In this document: positions 25,276-35,675 of the stretch, piece by piece | Layout of the letters: the number at the start of each line of letters is the position of its first letter | Position numbering within the stretch: position 1 is the first letter of the stretch | Assembly (NCBI RefSeq): GCF_003334815.1 | Contig: NZ_QOWO01000004.1 | Direction: 5' to 3' (one strand) | Origin: Escherichia coli | GTDB taxonomy: Bacteria; Pseudomonadota; Gammaproteobacteria; Enterobacterales; Enterobacteriaceae | Length of the DNA: 64,000 nt | The notes under the pieces: generated by a model | What the model was told of the DNA's origin: nothing | The model's database searches: none | Seen by the model: only the letters and a program-made list of their open reading frames with translations | Program-made: the position numbers and the translations under genes

Positions 25276-26214
25276 TTAACCCGCGAGACGCTGATATTCT
25301 TTGGCAATTTCGCTCGCCAGAATGGCGTTGTTGAACACCAGCTGGATGTTGGATTTCAGGCTGTCACCGCCGGTCAGTTCAGCAACGCGCGCCAGCAGGA
25401 ATGGCGTACTTTCTTTACCAATGACTCCCTGAGCTTCAGCTTCAGCTACCGCCTGATCGATCGCCGCATTGATAGTGTGTTCCGGCATAGCAAACTGTTC
25501 CGGGATCGGGTTCGCTACCACGAGGCCACCGTTCAGACCGCTTTGCCATTTCACCGCCATTGCACGGGCAATTTCGCTGGCGCTGTCGAGACGAATGCTG
25601 ACGTCAAACGGGCTGGTGCGGCAGAAAAACGCAGGCAGCGCTTTAGTCTGATAGCCAATTAACGGCACACCGAAGGTTTCTAAATACTCAGTGGTTAATC
25701 CTAAATCGAGAATAGATTTCGCCCCGGCACAAACAACGGTGACATTAGTATTTGCCAGTTCTTGCAAATCGGCAGAAATATCGAAGGTATGTTCCGCCCC
25801 GCGATGCACACCACCAATTCCCCCGGTGGCAAATACTTTAATTCCGGCAAGCGCCGCAATAATCATCGTTGAAGCCACAGTGGTTGCGCCATTTTTTCCG
25901 GCGGCAACAACAAAAGGTAAATCGCGACGACTAACTTTGGTCACGTTATGCCCTTCACGACCCAGTAATTCAATTTCTTCTTTGCTTAACCCCACTTTCA
26001 TCACGCCGCCAATAATGGCGATCGTGGCAGGTACAGCGCCCTGTTTACGAATAGTTTCTTCAACTTCAATTGCGGTCTGGGCATTTTGTGGGAACGGCAT
26101 CCCGTGAGAAATAATGGTCGATTCCAGCGCCACAACCGGTTTTTTGTTTTTTAAAGCGTCCTGCACTTCCGGGGAAATTTGTAATAATTCAGGGGAAATT
26201 TTTAATTCAGACAT
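25276..26214 (-). CDS. psuG: Pseudouridine-5'-phosphate glycosidase
   Basis: 312-aa ORF recognised as PsuG; overlaps psuK stop by 13 bp. Confidence 0.92.
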   Translation of the reverse strand: MSELKISPELLQISPEVQDALKNKKPVVALESTIISHGMPFPQNAQTAIEVEETIRKQGAVPATIAIIGGVMKVGLSKEEIELLGREGHNVTKVSRRDLPFVVAAGKNGATTVASTMIIAALAGIKVFATGGIGGVHRGAEHTFDISADLQELANTNVTVVCAGAKSILDLGLTTEYLETFGVPLIGYQTKALPAFFCRTSPFDVSIRLDSASEIARAMAVKWQSGLNGGLVVANPIPEQFAMPEHTINAAIDQAVAEAEAQGVIGKESTPFLLARVAELTGGDSLKSNIQLVFNNAILASEIAKEYQRLAG

Positions 26215-27143
26215 TCTGCGTTCTCCACTAACGATATAACGTTGGCAATCGATAAATCGGGGTTATTGGTGTATTCACAGGAGAGCGCCATTGACGAACA
26301 TCCCTGTGCGAAACGAACAGATTCGGCAAACGGCATTCCGTCTACCCAACACGAAGCAAGTCCCGCCATCATGGCATCGCCCGCTCCGGTAACATTAATA
26401 ACATTGGTTTTGATCGGCGCAGACCAGCCACTTTCACCGCTGATATCGCTGTAATAAACGCCGTCGCCGCCCATGCTCAATACCAGTCGGTTCAGGCCAT
26501 GTTGATGGAACCAGGCAGCAACTTTTGCCACATCTTCACGCCCTGACAGCGCAATCCCACTCAGGGTTTCCGCTTCAAGGCGGTTTGGCTTGAGAGTGTG
26601 GATCTGATTTAGACGGTCGCGCACTTTGACACATTTCCATGCCGAAACCGGATCGACAAATACGGGTACGTTGGCGGCATTATCCAGAATCCATGCCAGT
26701 GCCTCTTCACTGATATTACAGTCCGCGACAATGACCTTTGCCCTCTGAATAAATTCACCGTGCTGTGCGAGATATTCAGCTGTAATAGCGTTGCTAATAT
26801 TCATGTCATTTATAGCAACCAGCATTTCACCGGTATTATCGAGTAATGATAAATAACTCGACGTATTTTCTCCCGGCACAATCAGGCATTTATCGACATA
26901 AACGCCAGATTGATTGGTTTGCGTTAGCAGCGATTGACCATAAAAATCACTGCCTACGGCGCTCAGTAGCCAGGCTTTGTTACCCAGCAACGCCAGGTTT
27001 TGTGCAATATTGCGCCCTACTCCACCAGGCGTAAATTTTATTTTACCTGGATTTGAATCCGCATAATTTAATGATTCATGTGAATATCCGGCGACATCAA
27101 TATTCGCCGAACCTATAATTACGACATAATCCTTTTCGCGCAT
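26202..27143 (-). CDS. psuK: Pseudouridine kinase (pfkB family)
   Basis: 313-aa ORF with ribokinase-family motifs (GGVGRN, GAGDA). Confidence 0.9.
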   Translation of the reverse strand: MREKDYVVIIGSANIDVAGYSHESLNYADSNPGKIKFTPGGVGRNIAQNLALLGNKAWLLSAVGSDFYGQSLLTQTNQSGVYVDKCLIVPGENTSSYLSLLDNTGEMLVAINDMNISNAITAEYLAQHGEFIQRAKVIVADCNISEEALAWILDNAANVPVFVDPVSAWKCVKVRDRLNQIHTLKPNRLEAETLSGIALSGREDVAKVAAWFHQHGLNRLVLSMGGDGVYYSDISGESGWSAPIKTNVINVTGAGDAMMAGLASCWVDGMPFAESVRFAQGCSSMALSCEYTNNPDLSIANVISLVENAECLN

Positions 27144-27382
27144 AGCACGTCCTCTGGTAAAAAATTACCAACCCTGTCAATCCACAAGAATATAGATACT
27201 GCAAAGACGGTTTAAACATGTGTTCATATTTAAACATGTGCTCATAGTATGCATGTTTTACGTAAAGTAAATTACCGCCAGAGAGGCAAAATGGGCAGAT
27301 TTGAGCAGGCTCACAAAATGCGATTAAATGCCTGAATTACAAAAGCGAGGAATTTGTGACGGGATGCACAGAACAGAACAAT

Positions 27383-27408
27383 AAAAAAGGGCAGAAAATA
27401 ATCTGCCC
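27383..27408 (-). terminator. Rho-independent terminator downstream of fruA
   Basis: gggcagaaaataatctgccc hairpin; on the minus strand it is followed by a T6 tract. Confidence 0.6.
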
Positions 27409-27565
27409 TTGAGGAAATAACCTGAGTGTTTGATGAACGTTTGAAGTTTCTACTGAAAAATAAAACCATTTAAATTCATAAAATTACATTCACAAACCGG
27501 TCATTCTCTTTGCGCTCATCAAATGTTACAGGACAGGAAATTTCTGCCCTGTAACACACCTTTTA

Positions 27566-29257
27566 TTACGCTGCTTTCGCTACTGCGTCCACTTCCGGAC
27601 GTTTCAGGAAGGCATAGGCCAAACCCGCCACCAGCGTACCGGCAATAATTGCTACCAGGTAACCCAATACCGGCGTAATAGCGCCAGGGATCAGCAGAAC
27701 AAACAGACCACCGTGCGGTGCCATCAGTTTCGCACCAATCGCCATTGAGATTGCGCCAGTCAGCGCCCCACCCACGATACAGCACGGCAGCACACGCATC
27801 GGATCACGAGCAGCAAACGGAATTGCACCTTCCGAAATGAAGCACAGTCCCAATACCAGAGCGGCTTTGCCACCTTCCTGCTGCGCTTTGTCGAATTTGC
27901 GACGCGCCACCATTGTTGCCAGACCCATTGCCAGCGGTGGCACCATACCTGCCGCCATAATCGCCGCCATCGGGCCATAGGTTTGAGTACTCAGCAGACC
28001 CACACCGAATGCGTACGCTGCTTTGTTTACCGGACCGCCCATGTCAGTACACATCATGCCACCGAGGATCGCCCCCAGCAGAACCGCATTCGCAGTCCCC
28101 ATGGTCTGCAGCCAGTGAGTCAGCCCTTCGAGAATGCCAGCAACTGGTTTACCGATCAGGTAGATCATCGCCAGACCGACCACCAGACTGGAAATTAGCG
28201 GAATGATCAGGATCGGTTTCAGCGCCTCCATACTCTGTGGCAGTTTCAATTGCGTACTGATTAACTTCGCAATGTAACCAGCCAGGAAGCCCGCAATAAT
28301 ACCACCAATGAAGCCAGAACCGGTGCTGACCGCCAGCATACCGCCAATCAGACCCGGAGTGAGGCCCGGACGATCGGCAATGGAAAAGGCAATATAACCT
28401 GCCAGTACCGGCACCATCAGCGCAAAGGCTGAACCACCACCAATCTGCATCAGCGCCGCAGCCAACGTACCCGGCTCTTTAAACGCTTCGATACCAAAAG
28501 CAAAAGAAAGCGCGATACACAGACCACCTGCAACGACCATCGGCAGCATGTAAGAAACGCCCGTCAGCAAGTGACGGTATGCGCCTGCACTCTCTTTCTT
28601 ACTTTCAGTGGTCGCCGTTTGAGCTTTGCCCGCCGGTTCATACGGCGTTGCTTCAGCAACCGCTTTATCCAGTTCCTGCGCGGTTTTCTTCAGCGCCAGA
28701 CCGGTAGAGGTACGATACATCGGTTTACCAGCAAATTTCGCCAGATCCACTTCGATATCTGCCGCCACAATCACCAGATCCGCTGCTGCGACTTCTTCGG
28801 GAGTGATTGCATTACCCGCGCCAACAGAACCACGGGTTTCAACTTTCACCCACCAGCCACGTTTTTTCGCTTCGGTTTCAATGGCTTCAGCCGCCATAAA
28901 GGTGTGTGCTACGCCAGTCGGGCAAGCAGTCACCGCAACTACGCGTTTCGGACCGCTGGCGGCAACTGGTGCTGTCGCAGCGACCGGCGCAGTGTAAGGT
29001 TTCGCATGGCCTTTGGCTTCACTCAGGAACAGCTCAGGGTGCGCAACTGCCCGGGAAATATCGCCCAGCCAGACATTTTTACCGTTCAGCGCGCTGTCGT
29101 TCGGGATGGAATCACCGAGAACAATCGCCATTTCAGCGTCGTTCGGATTGTCGATGATTTCCAGTTTTGCTTTTCGCGCCGCCGCGCCCAGCAGGGTCTT
29201 CGCCATATAGGCGCGTGCCTGACCGAGATTAGCGTCAATAATCAGCAGCGTTTTCAT
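27566..29257 (-). CDS. fruA: PTS fructose-specific EIIB'BC component
   Basis: 563-aa ORF recognised as FruA; last gene of fruBKA. Confidence 0.95.
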   Translation of the reverse strand: MKTLLIIDANLGQARAYMAKTLLGAAARKAKLEIIDNPNDAEMAIVLGDSIPNDSALNGKNVWLGDISRAVAHPELFLSEAKGHAKPYTAPVAATAPVAASGPKRVVAVTACPTGVAHTFMAAEAIETEAKKRGWWVKVETRGSVGAGNAITPEEVAAADLVIVAADIEVDLAKFAGKPMYRTSTGLALKKTAQELDKAVAEATPYEPAGKAQTATTESKKESAGAYRHLLTGVSYMLPMVVAGGLCIALSFAFGIEAFKEPGTLAAALMQIGGGSAFALMVPVLAGYIAFSIADRPGLTPGLIGGMLAVSTGSGFIGGIIAGFLAGYIAKLISTQLKLPQSMEALKPILIIPLISSLVVGLAMIYLIGKPVAGILEGLTHWLQTMGTANAVLLGAILGGMMCTDMGGPVNKAAYAFGVGLLSTQTYGPMAAIMAAGMVPPLAMGLATMVARRKFDKAQQEGGKAALVLGLCFISEGAIPFAARDPMRVLPCCIVGGALTGAISMAIGAKLMAPHGGLFVLLIPGAITPVLGYLVAIIAGTLVAGLAYAFLKRPEVDAVAKAA

Positions 29258-29273
29258 TATGCCTCTCCTGCTG

Positions 29274-30212
29274 TCAGTTAAAAGGTTGTAAGTCGACGCG
29301 CGCCATCATTGCGGCCAACTGCGGACGATCGGTAATACCCACATTGCTTTGACTTACCGCCAGGGCTGCAACAGCTGTCGCCAGACGCAGTGTGTGTTCA
29401 CTGGATTCACGCATCAGCAAGCCATAAATCAGGCCACCAACCATAGAATCCCCTGCGCCAACGGTGCTTACGACATCGACTGACGGTGGTTTGGCGATCC
29501 ATTCGCCGGAGGCATTAACCCAAAGCGCGCCTTCGGCACCCAGTGAAATAACAACATGCGCGATGCCTTGTTCACGTAGCGCATGTGCAGCTTCAATCAC
29601 ATCTTTCATTTCAGGCAGTTTACGGCCTGCCCAGATTTCCAGCTCGCGGCGGTTAGGTTTCACCAGCCACGGTGCCGCTTTCAAACCTGCTACTAACGCT
29701 TCACGGCTACTATCAAAGATAATGCAAGGACACTGACTACGCAGGCGAGTCATCCAGTCGGTGAACGCTTCCGGGCTGACGCCTGACGGTAAGCTTCCGC
29801 TGACACAGACCATATCGAACTGACCGAGCCAGCTCAGAGAATCAGTCACAAAGCGTTCCCAGTCGGCGGGGGTGACTTCAAAACCCGAGAAGTTGAAGTC
29901 GGTCACTTCGCCGTCTTTTTCCGTCAGCTTAACGTTAATTCGGGTGCGCCCCTGTACAACCTGGAAACGGTTGGCAATGCCCAGCTCGCTGAACAGTTGC
30001 TGAAAACCATCCTGATTGTCTTTACCCAGGAAGCCGCCAACGGTGACATCAATTCCCAGGTCTTTTAATACTTTGGCCACGTTGATGCCTTTACCCGCCG
30101 CATGCAGACCGGTGGTTTTCACCAGGTTCACTTCGCCGCGTTCAATTTCCGGGCAGAAACCAACAAGGTCATAAGCCGGATTAAGGGTGATAGTAGCAAC
30201 ACGTCTGCTCAT
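29274..30212 (-). CDS. fruK: 1-phosphofructokinase
   Basis: 312-aa pfkB-family ORF; stop overlaps fruB boundary. Confidence 0.95.
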   Translation of the reverse strand: MSRRVATITLNPAYDLVGFCPEIERGEVNLVKTTGLHAAGKGINVAKVLKDLGIDVTVGGFLGKDNQDGFQQLFSELGIANRFQVVQGRTRINVKLTEKDGEVTDFNFSGFEVTPADWERFVTDSLSWLGQFDMVCVSGSLPSGVSPEAFTDWMTRLRSQCPCIIFDSSREALVAGLKAAPWLVKPNRRELEIWAGRKLPEMKDVIEAAHALREQGIAHVVISLGAEGALWVNASGEWIAKPPSVDVVSTVGAGDSMVGGLIYGLLMRESSEHTLRLATAVAALAVSQSNVGITDRPQLAAMMARVDLQPFN

Positions 30213-31342
30213 TATGCGCCCTCCCCAAGACCAGCAGCGATAGCGTCGCCGATTGCTTTCAGCGCCTGTTCAGCATCTGCACCCTGGGCGGTAAAGCGTA
30301 GGCGATGACCTTTCTTAACGCCAAGTGCCACAACTTTCATCAGACTACGTCCGTTTGCCGGTTTGCCTGTACCATCAAGGTTTGTCACGGTAATATCACT
30401 GTTAAATTGTTTAATGGTATTGACCAGCATGGTACCTGGACGAGCATGCAGGCCGTGTTCATTGCGCACCACAAACTCCGCGCTTAACACGTCGTCGGTC
30501 GGCGCATCATCGCTGGTCAGCAGCGCCAGCAACGTTGCCGCATCCGCTTTCAGCAAGCGGTCAGCTTTATTGTCGAGCAATAAATCAGCGAGACGCTTAA
30601 GAACCGCGATGGGCTGATCGTCATTCATCGCCACACTCACCAGCATGGCTGCCGTTTCGCCGTCCACATCAAAAGCATTTGCCGCACGGCTTACCGCAAT
30701 CGCGCTACGCAGATTGCCTTCGGCGCTATCGCTCAGCCAGATACCCTGTCCGAGATTCAGCGGTTGTTCATTGATGGCTTTGGTGACGAAAGTGGCGTCA
30801 ACTGCCCCCGCCTCTTTCAGACGCGCAGCGTTCAGCGCCTGAAGAGTCAGCAGATCGCTGGCGACGATATCCAGTGTCAGCATTTCGTTGTCGAGCTTCA
30901 GCTGCTCACTCTGCTTTTCGCCCATCAGTAATGCGCGAAGTTCTTCTGCTGTTGTTGCTGACTTCAGTTGTTCAGCAACGGAATCATCGCTCAGTACGTG
31001 GGTCAGCTGGCGTAGCAGGCCCAGATGTTCATCCGAGCTGGCAGCAATACCGATTGCCACGTACGCTACCTGACCGTCACCCCAGGTGACGCCTTCCGGG
31101 AACTGAAATACCTGAACGCCGGTTTTCAGCACCTGATCGCGGGTGTCGGTAGTGCCGTGTGGAATAGCAATACCATTGCCGAGGAACGTTGAGGTTTGCT
31201 GTTCGCGCGCCAGCATGCCATTGACGTAGCCTTCTGCTACATTACCGGCCTGCACCAGCGCCGCAGCGACCTGGCGAATCGCCTCTTCTTTGTCTCCGGC
31301 CTTTTCGCCCGGATGGATGTCCTGTACGGATAACTGGAACAT
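30212..31342 (-). CDS. fruB: PTS fructose-specific EIIA/FPr multiphosphoryl transfer protein
   Basis: 376-aa ORF with C-terminal HPr-like domain (NEHGLHARP); first gene of fruBKA. Confidence 0.95.
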
Positions 31343-31356
31343 AGTTCTCCTCTCTT

Positions 31357-31377
31357 GCTGAATTGAAACGATTCAGC
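31357..31377 (-). promoter_or_regulatory. Cra (FruR) operator in fruB leader
   Basis: Palindrome gctgaattgaaacgattcagc resembling the Cra consensus GCTGAAnCGnTTCAGC, 15 bp upstream of fruB start. Confidence 0.6.
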
Positions 31378-31428
31378 CTCTATGAGAAAAAAAGCGCCAA
31401 CCTGGCTTAGGGTTAAAGACAAGATCGC

Positions 31429-31442
31429 GCTGAAACGTTTCA
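31429..31442 (-). promoter_or_regulatory. Cra (FruR) operator in fruB promoter
   Basis: gctgaaacgtttca matches the canonical Cra half-palindrome. Confidence 0.65.
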
Positions 31443-31709
31443 AGAAAGCATAATACTTCTGTTTCAGCACGCAAGGAAAGCCGTAAAGTTATGAGCAAAA
31501 GTTTGATGTGCTGCACAATTTTTTGCCATTTTTCCTAATTGCTGATGGGAAAATCCGTTATCAGCAATTTCATTTCAGCAGCGTCAGCAGCCAATCAGCA
31601 ACAGTGAAATGGCATTTTGACTATTCGTGGCGCTTTTGATTTCGCTGTCTGTTTATTTTCTGACAAGCAGCGTAAACTCCGCGTCTTCCTCTTCCAGTGA
31701 TCGACCAGC

Positions 31710-32891
31710 ATGCATAACTCCCCCGCAGTCTCCAGCGCGAAATCGTTTGACCTGACCTCGACGGCGTTTTTAATCGTTGCCTTTCTCACCGGTATTGCGG
31801 GCGCTCTGCAAACCCCGACACTCAGTATTTTTCTTACCGATGAAGTACATGCCCGTCCGGCGATGGTGGGATTCTTCTTTACCGGCAGCGCTGTCATTGG
31901 GATTCTGGTAAGTCAGTTTCTCGCCGGGCGCTCTGATAAGCGCGGCGATCGCAAATCGCTGATTGTCTTTTGCTGCCTGTTAGGCGTGCTGGCCTGCACC
32001 CTTTTTGCCTGGAATCGCAACTACTTTGTTTTGCTATTCGTTGGCGTCTTTCTTAGCAGCTTTGGCTCGACCGCTAACCCGCAAATGTTTGCCCTTGCCC
32101 GTGAACATGCCGACAAAACCGGACGTGAGGCGGTGATGTTCAGCTCTTTTTTACGCGCTCAGGTTTCACTGGCATGGGTCATTGGCCCACCGCTGGCTTA
32201 TGCCTTAGCGATGGGTTTCAGCTTTACGGTAATGTATCTGAGCGCAGCGGTAGCGTTTATTGTTTGCGGTGTGATGGTGTGGCTGTTTTTACCGTCGATG
32301 CAAAAAGAGCTTCCGCTGGCGACCGGCACGATCGAAGCGCCGCGCCGTAACCGTCGCGATACGCTGCTGCTGTTTGTCATTTGTACATTGATGTGGGGCT
32401 CGAACAGCCTGTACATCATCAACATGCCGCTATTTATTATCAACGAACTGCATCTTCCCGAGAAACTGGCCGGTGTGATGATGGGGACCGCCGCCGGGCT
32501 GGAAATCCCGACGATGTTGATTGCCGGATATTTCGCCAAACGTCTGGGTAAGCGTTTCTTAATGCGCGTTGCTGCCGTGGGTGGCGTCTGTTTTTACGCA
32601 GGAATGCTGATGGCGCATTCACCTGTCATTCTGTTGGGCTTGCAGCTGCTAAATGCTATTTTTATTGGCATTCTGGGCGGCATCGGGATGCTCTATTTTC
32701 AGGATCTGATGCCCGGTCAGGCGGGTTCAGCCACCACGCTCTATACCAACACTTCGCGCGTGGGCTGGATCATCGCAGGATCAGTGGCGGGCATCGTCGC
32801 CGAGATCTGGAATTATCACGCTGTGTTCTGGTTTGCGATGGTGATGATTATCGCCACTCTGTTTTGCTTACTGCGGATTAAAGATGTTTAA
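31710..32891 (+). CDS. setB: Sugar efflux transporter B (MFS)
   Basis: 393-aa 12-TM ORF, divergent from fruB. Confidence 0.9.
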
Positions 32892-33142
32892 GGCGCGGTC
32901 AGCATTTCCAGATCGATAAGCCAGGTCATGGCCTGCTGACGCGAGTTACCGCACATTTCAGCGCTGGCTTGTAAGCCTGCACAGACTTTCGGTCGCAGTG
33001 GCGAGGTGAAAATTTTACAGCGTTGCTGTTCATCAAGCTGAATGCAGGGCGTATTGGCGGGCTTGCCATCTGGCATACCGGGAATAGGGCTGGAAATTGA
33101 AGGGGCAGTGCAACACGCCCCGCAACCCGGACGGCATTCCAT
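32888..33142 (-). CDS. yeiW: Cysteine-rich UPF0153 small protein
   Basis: ORF 32888..33274 (128 aa); annotated-length 84-aa product starts at the internal Met ([11 protein letters not shown]...); start uncertain. Confidence 0.7.
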
Positions 33143-33296
33143 ACGTTGTTCTCTTAAGGTTAACCACCGGATTGATGAGCGCGCACAGTACCACCTTTTT
33201 TGCACCAGCAAAAGTGCGAATACCACTTGCCCGAAAGGCCCGTCGCGAGTACTTTGTCGCGATATTTTTGACATTTTCGACTACAGGAATTTTTCG

Positions 33297-33869
33297 ATGC
33301 CAAGAGCGAACGAAATTAAAAAAGGTATGGTACTGAATTACAACGGCAAACTGCTGCTGGTTAAGGATATTGATATTCAGTCGCCCACTGCCCGCGGTGC
33401 CGCTACGCTGTACAAAATGCGTTTTTCTGATGTCCGTACCGGGCTGAAAGTAGAAGAGCGTTTCAAAGGTGATGATATCGTTGACACCGTGACGCTGACC
33501 CGCCGTTACGTTGACTTCTCCTATGTCGATGGCAACGAATATGTCTTTATGGATAAAGAAGACTATACCCCGTATACCTTCACCAAAGATCAGATTGAAG
33601 AAGAGTTGCTGTTTATGCCAGAGGGCGGCATGCCGGACATGCAGGTGCTGACCTGGGACGGTCAACTGCTGGCGCTTGAGCTGCCGCAGACCGTTGATCT
33701 GGAAATCGTTGAAACCGCACCAGGCATCAAAGGGGCATCTGCCAGCGCCCGTAACAAACCGGCGACATTGAGCACTGGTCTGGTGATTCAGGTACCAGAA
33801 TACTTAAGCCCGGGCGAAAAAATTCGTATCCATATCGAAGAACGCCGTTATATGGGGCGTGCTGACTAA
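33297..33869 (+). CDS. yeiP: Elongation factor P-like protein
   Basis: ORF 33042..33869; Met at 33297 gives 190 aa ([10 protein letters not shown]...) matching the EF-P-like protein. Confidence 0.9.
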
Positions 33870-33887
33870 CTTCAGCCGCATGCAGAA

Positions 33888-33915
33888 AAGGGATAGCTCA
33901 GGCTGTCCCTTTTTT
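33888..33915 (+). terminator. Rho-independent terminator after yeiP
   Basis: aagggatagc-tcag-gctgtccctt hairpin followed by a T6 tract. Confidence 0.55.
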
Positions 33916-34091
33916 AATTTATTATACCAATCTTCTATTTTGCGCTTCCTGAACACCTTACGCCCTCAATTTTCACTCGTTGATTGATCGCCCTCACACT
34001 TCATCGCATTAACAATCCAGACCAATTTCAATTGCTGTCATATAACTTTACACTGTCGTTGTTAATTAATCGTTACTAAGACGTGACTCCT

Positions 34092-35558
34092 ATGAATACA
34101 ATCGCCTCCGTTACGCTCCCGCATCATGTACACGCTCCACGCTATGATCGCCAGCAGTTGCAATCACGTATCGTTCATTTTGGCTTTGGAGCCTTTCACC
34201 GCGCTCATCAGGCGTTACTGACCGATCGTGTGCTGAATGCCCAGGGCGGCGACTGGGGGATCTGTGAAATCAGCTTGTTCACCGGTGATCAACTGATGAG
34301 CCAGCTCCGCGCACAGAACCATTTATATACCGTGCTGGAGAAAGGTGCGGACGGCAATCAGGTGATAATTGTCGGTGCCGTTCACGAATGCCTTAATGCA
34401 AAACTGGATTCCTTAGCGGCAATTATTGAGAAATTTTGCGAGCCACAGGTGGCAATTGTTTCCCTGACGATTACCGAAAAAGGCTATTGTATTGACCCGG
34501 CCACCGGTGCACTCGACACCAGTAATCCGCGGATTATTCACGATCTACAAACCCCTGAAGAACCTCACTCCGCACCGGGTATTCTCGTCGAAGCACTGAA
34601 ACGCCGCCGTGAGCGCGGCCTTACACCGTTTACCGTGCTCTCCTGCGACAATATTCCCGACAATGGTCATGTGGTGAAAAACGCGGTGCTGGGAATGGCA
34701 GAAAAACGTTCGCCAGAACTCGCCGGGTGGATAAAAGAGCACGTCAGTTTTCCGGGAACCATGGTCGACCGCATTGTTCCGGCTGCAACCGACGAATCAC
34801 TGGTGGAAATCAGCCAGCATCTGGGGGTGAATGATCCCTGCGCGATTAGCTGCGAACCGTTTATCCAGTGGGTGGTGGAAGATAACTTCGTCGCTGGGCG
34901 TCCTGCCTGGGAAGTCGCAGGTGTACAAATGGTGAATGATGTCCTGCCATGGGAAGAGATGAAACTGCGGATGCTTAATGGCAGCCACTCTTTTCTCGCT
35001 TATCTGGGTTACCTCTCAGGATTCGCCCATATCAGTGATTGCATGCAGGATCGCGCATTTCGCCATGCCGCCAGAACATTAATGCTGGATGAGCAAGCGC
35101 CGACACTGCAAATTAAAGATGTCGATTTAACACAATATGCGGATAAGTTAATTGCACGTTTTGCTAATCCGGCGCTGAAACATAAGACCTGGCAAATCGC
35201 GATGGATGGCAGCCAGAAATTACCGCAACGCATGCTGGCAGGTATTCGCATACATCAGGGGCGCGAAACGGACTGGTCGTTGCTGGCATTAGGCGTTGCA
35301 GGCTGGATGCGTTACGTCAGCGGCGTTGATGATGCCGGAAATGCCATTGATGTTCGCGATCCGCTTAGCGATAAAATTCGCGAACTTGTTGCGGGCAGCA
35401 GCAGTGAACAACGCGTAACCGCCCTGCTTTCCCTGCGTGAAGTTTTCGGTGATGATCTGCCAGATAACCCGCATTTTGTGCAGGCCATCGAACAAGCCTG
35501 GCAACAAATCGTACAATTCGGCGCACATCAGGCGCTATTAAACACCCTCAAAATTTAA
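34092..35558 (+). CDS. yeiQ: Mannitol-dehydrogenase-family oxidoreductase
   Basis: ORF 34083..35558; Met at 34092 gives 488 aa; long-chain mannitol/fructuronate dehydrogenase-like. Confidence 0.9.
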   Translation: MNTIASVTLPHHVHAPRYDRQQLQSRIVHFGFGAFHRAHQALLTDRVLNAQGGDWGICEISLFTGDQLMSQLRAQNHLYTVLEKGADGNQVIIVGAVHECLNAKLDSLAAIIEKFCEPQVAIVSLTITEKGYCIDPATGALDTSNPRIIHDLQTPEEPHSAPGILVEALKRRRERGLTPFTVLSCDNIPDNGHVVKNAVLGMAEKRSPELAGWIKEHVSFPGTMVDRIVPAATDESLVEISQHLGVNDPCAISCEPFIQWVVEDNFVAGRPAWEVAGVQMVNDVLPWEEMKLRMLNGSHSFLAYLGYLSGFAHISDCMQDRAFRHAARTLMLDEQAPTLQIKDVDLTQYADKLIARFANPALKHKTWQIAMDGSQKLPQRMLAGIRIHQGRETDWSLLALGVAGWMRYVSGVDDAGNAIDVRDPLSDKIRELVAGSSSEQRVTALLSLREVFGDDLPDNPHFVQAIEQAWQQIVQFGAHQALLNTLKI

Positions 35559-35675
35559 CGATTTCTGCGGTTAAAGCGGATGAAGCTCACCTTCGTCCGC
35601 TCTCCCCTTCTCTTTTCTGCCTTTTTTAGCCAGGATTAACGCTCAGTTAACTTACCAGAGTATTGCGGAGCCGTT

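Noticed and set aside
27270-27314. Tiny ORF (MGRFEQAHKMRLNA) in the psuK-fruA intergenic region
   Set aside because: No convincing Shine-Dalgarno and no associated structure; indistinguishable from a chance ORF in AT-rich intergenic DNA.
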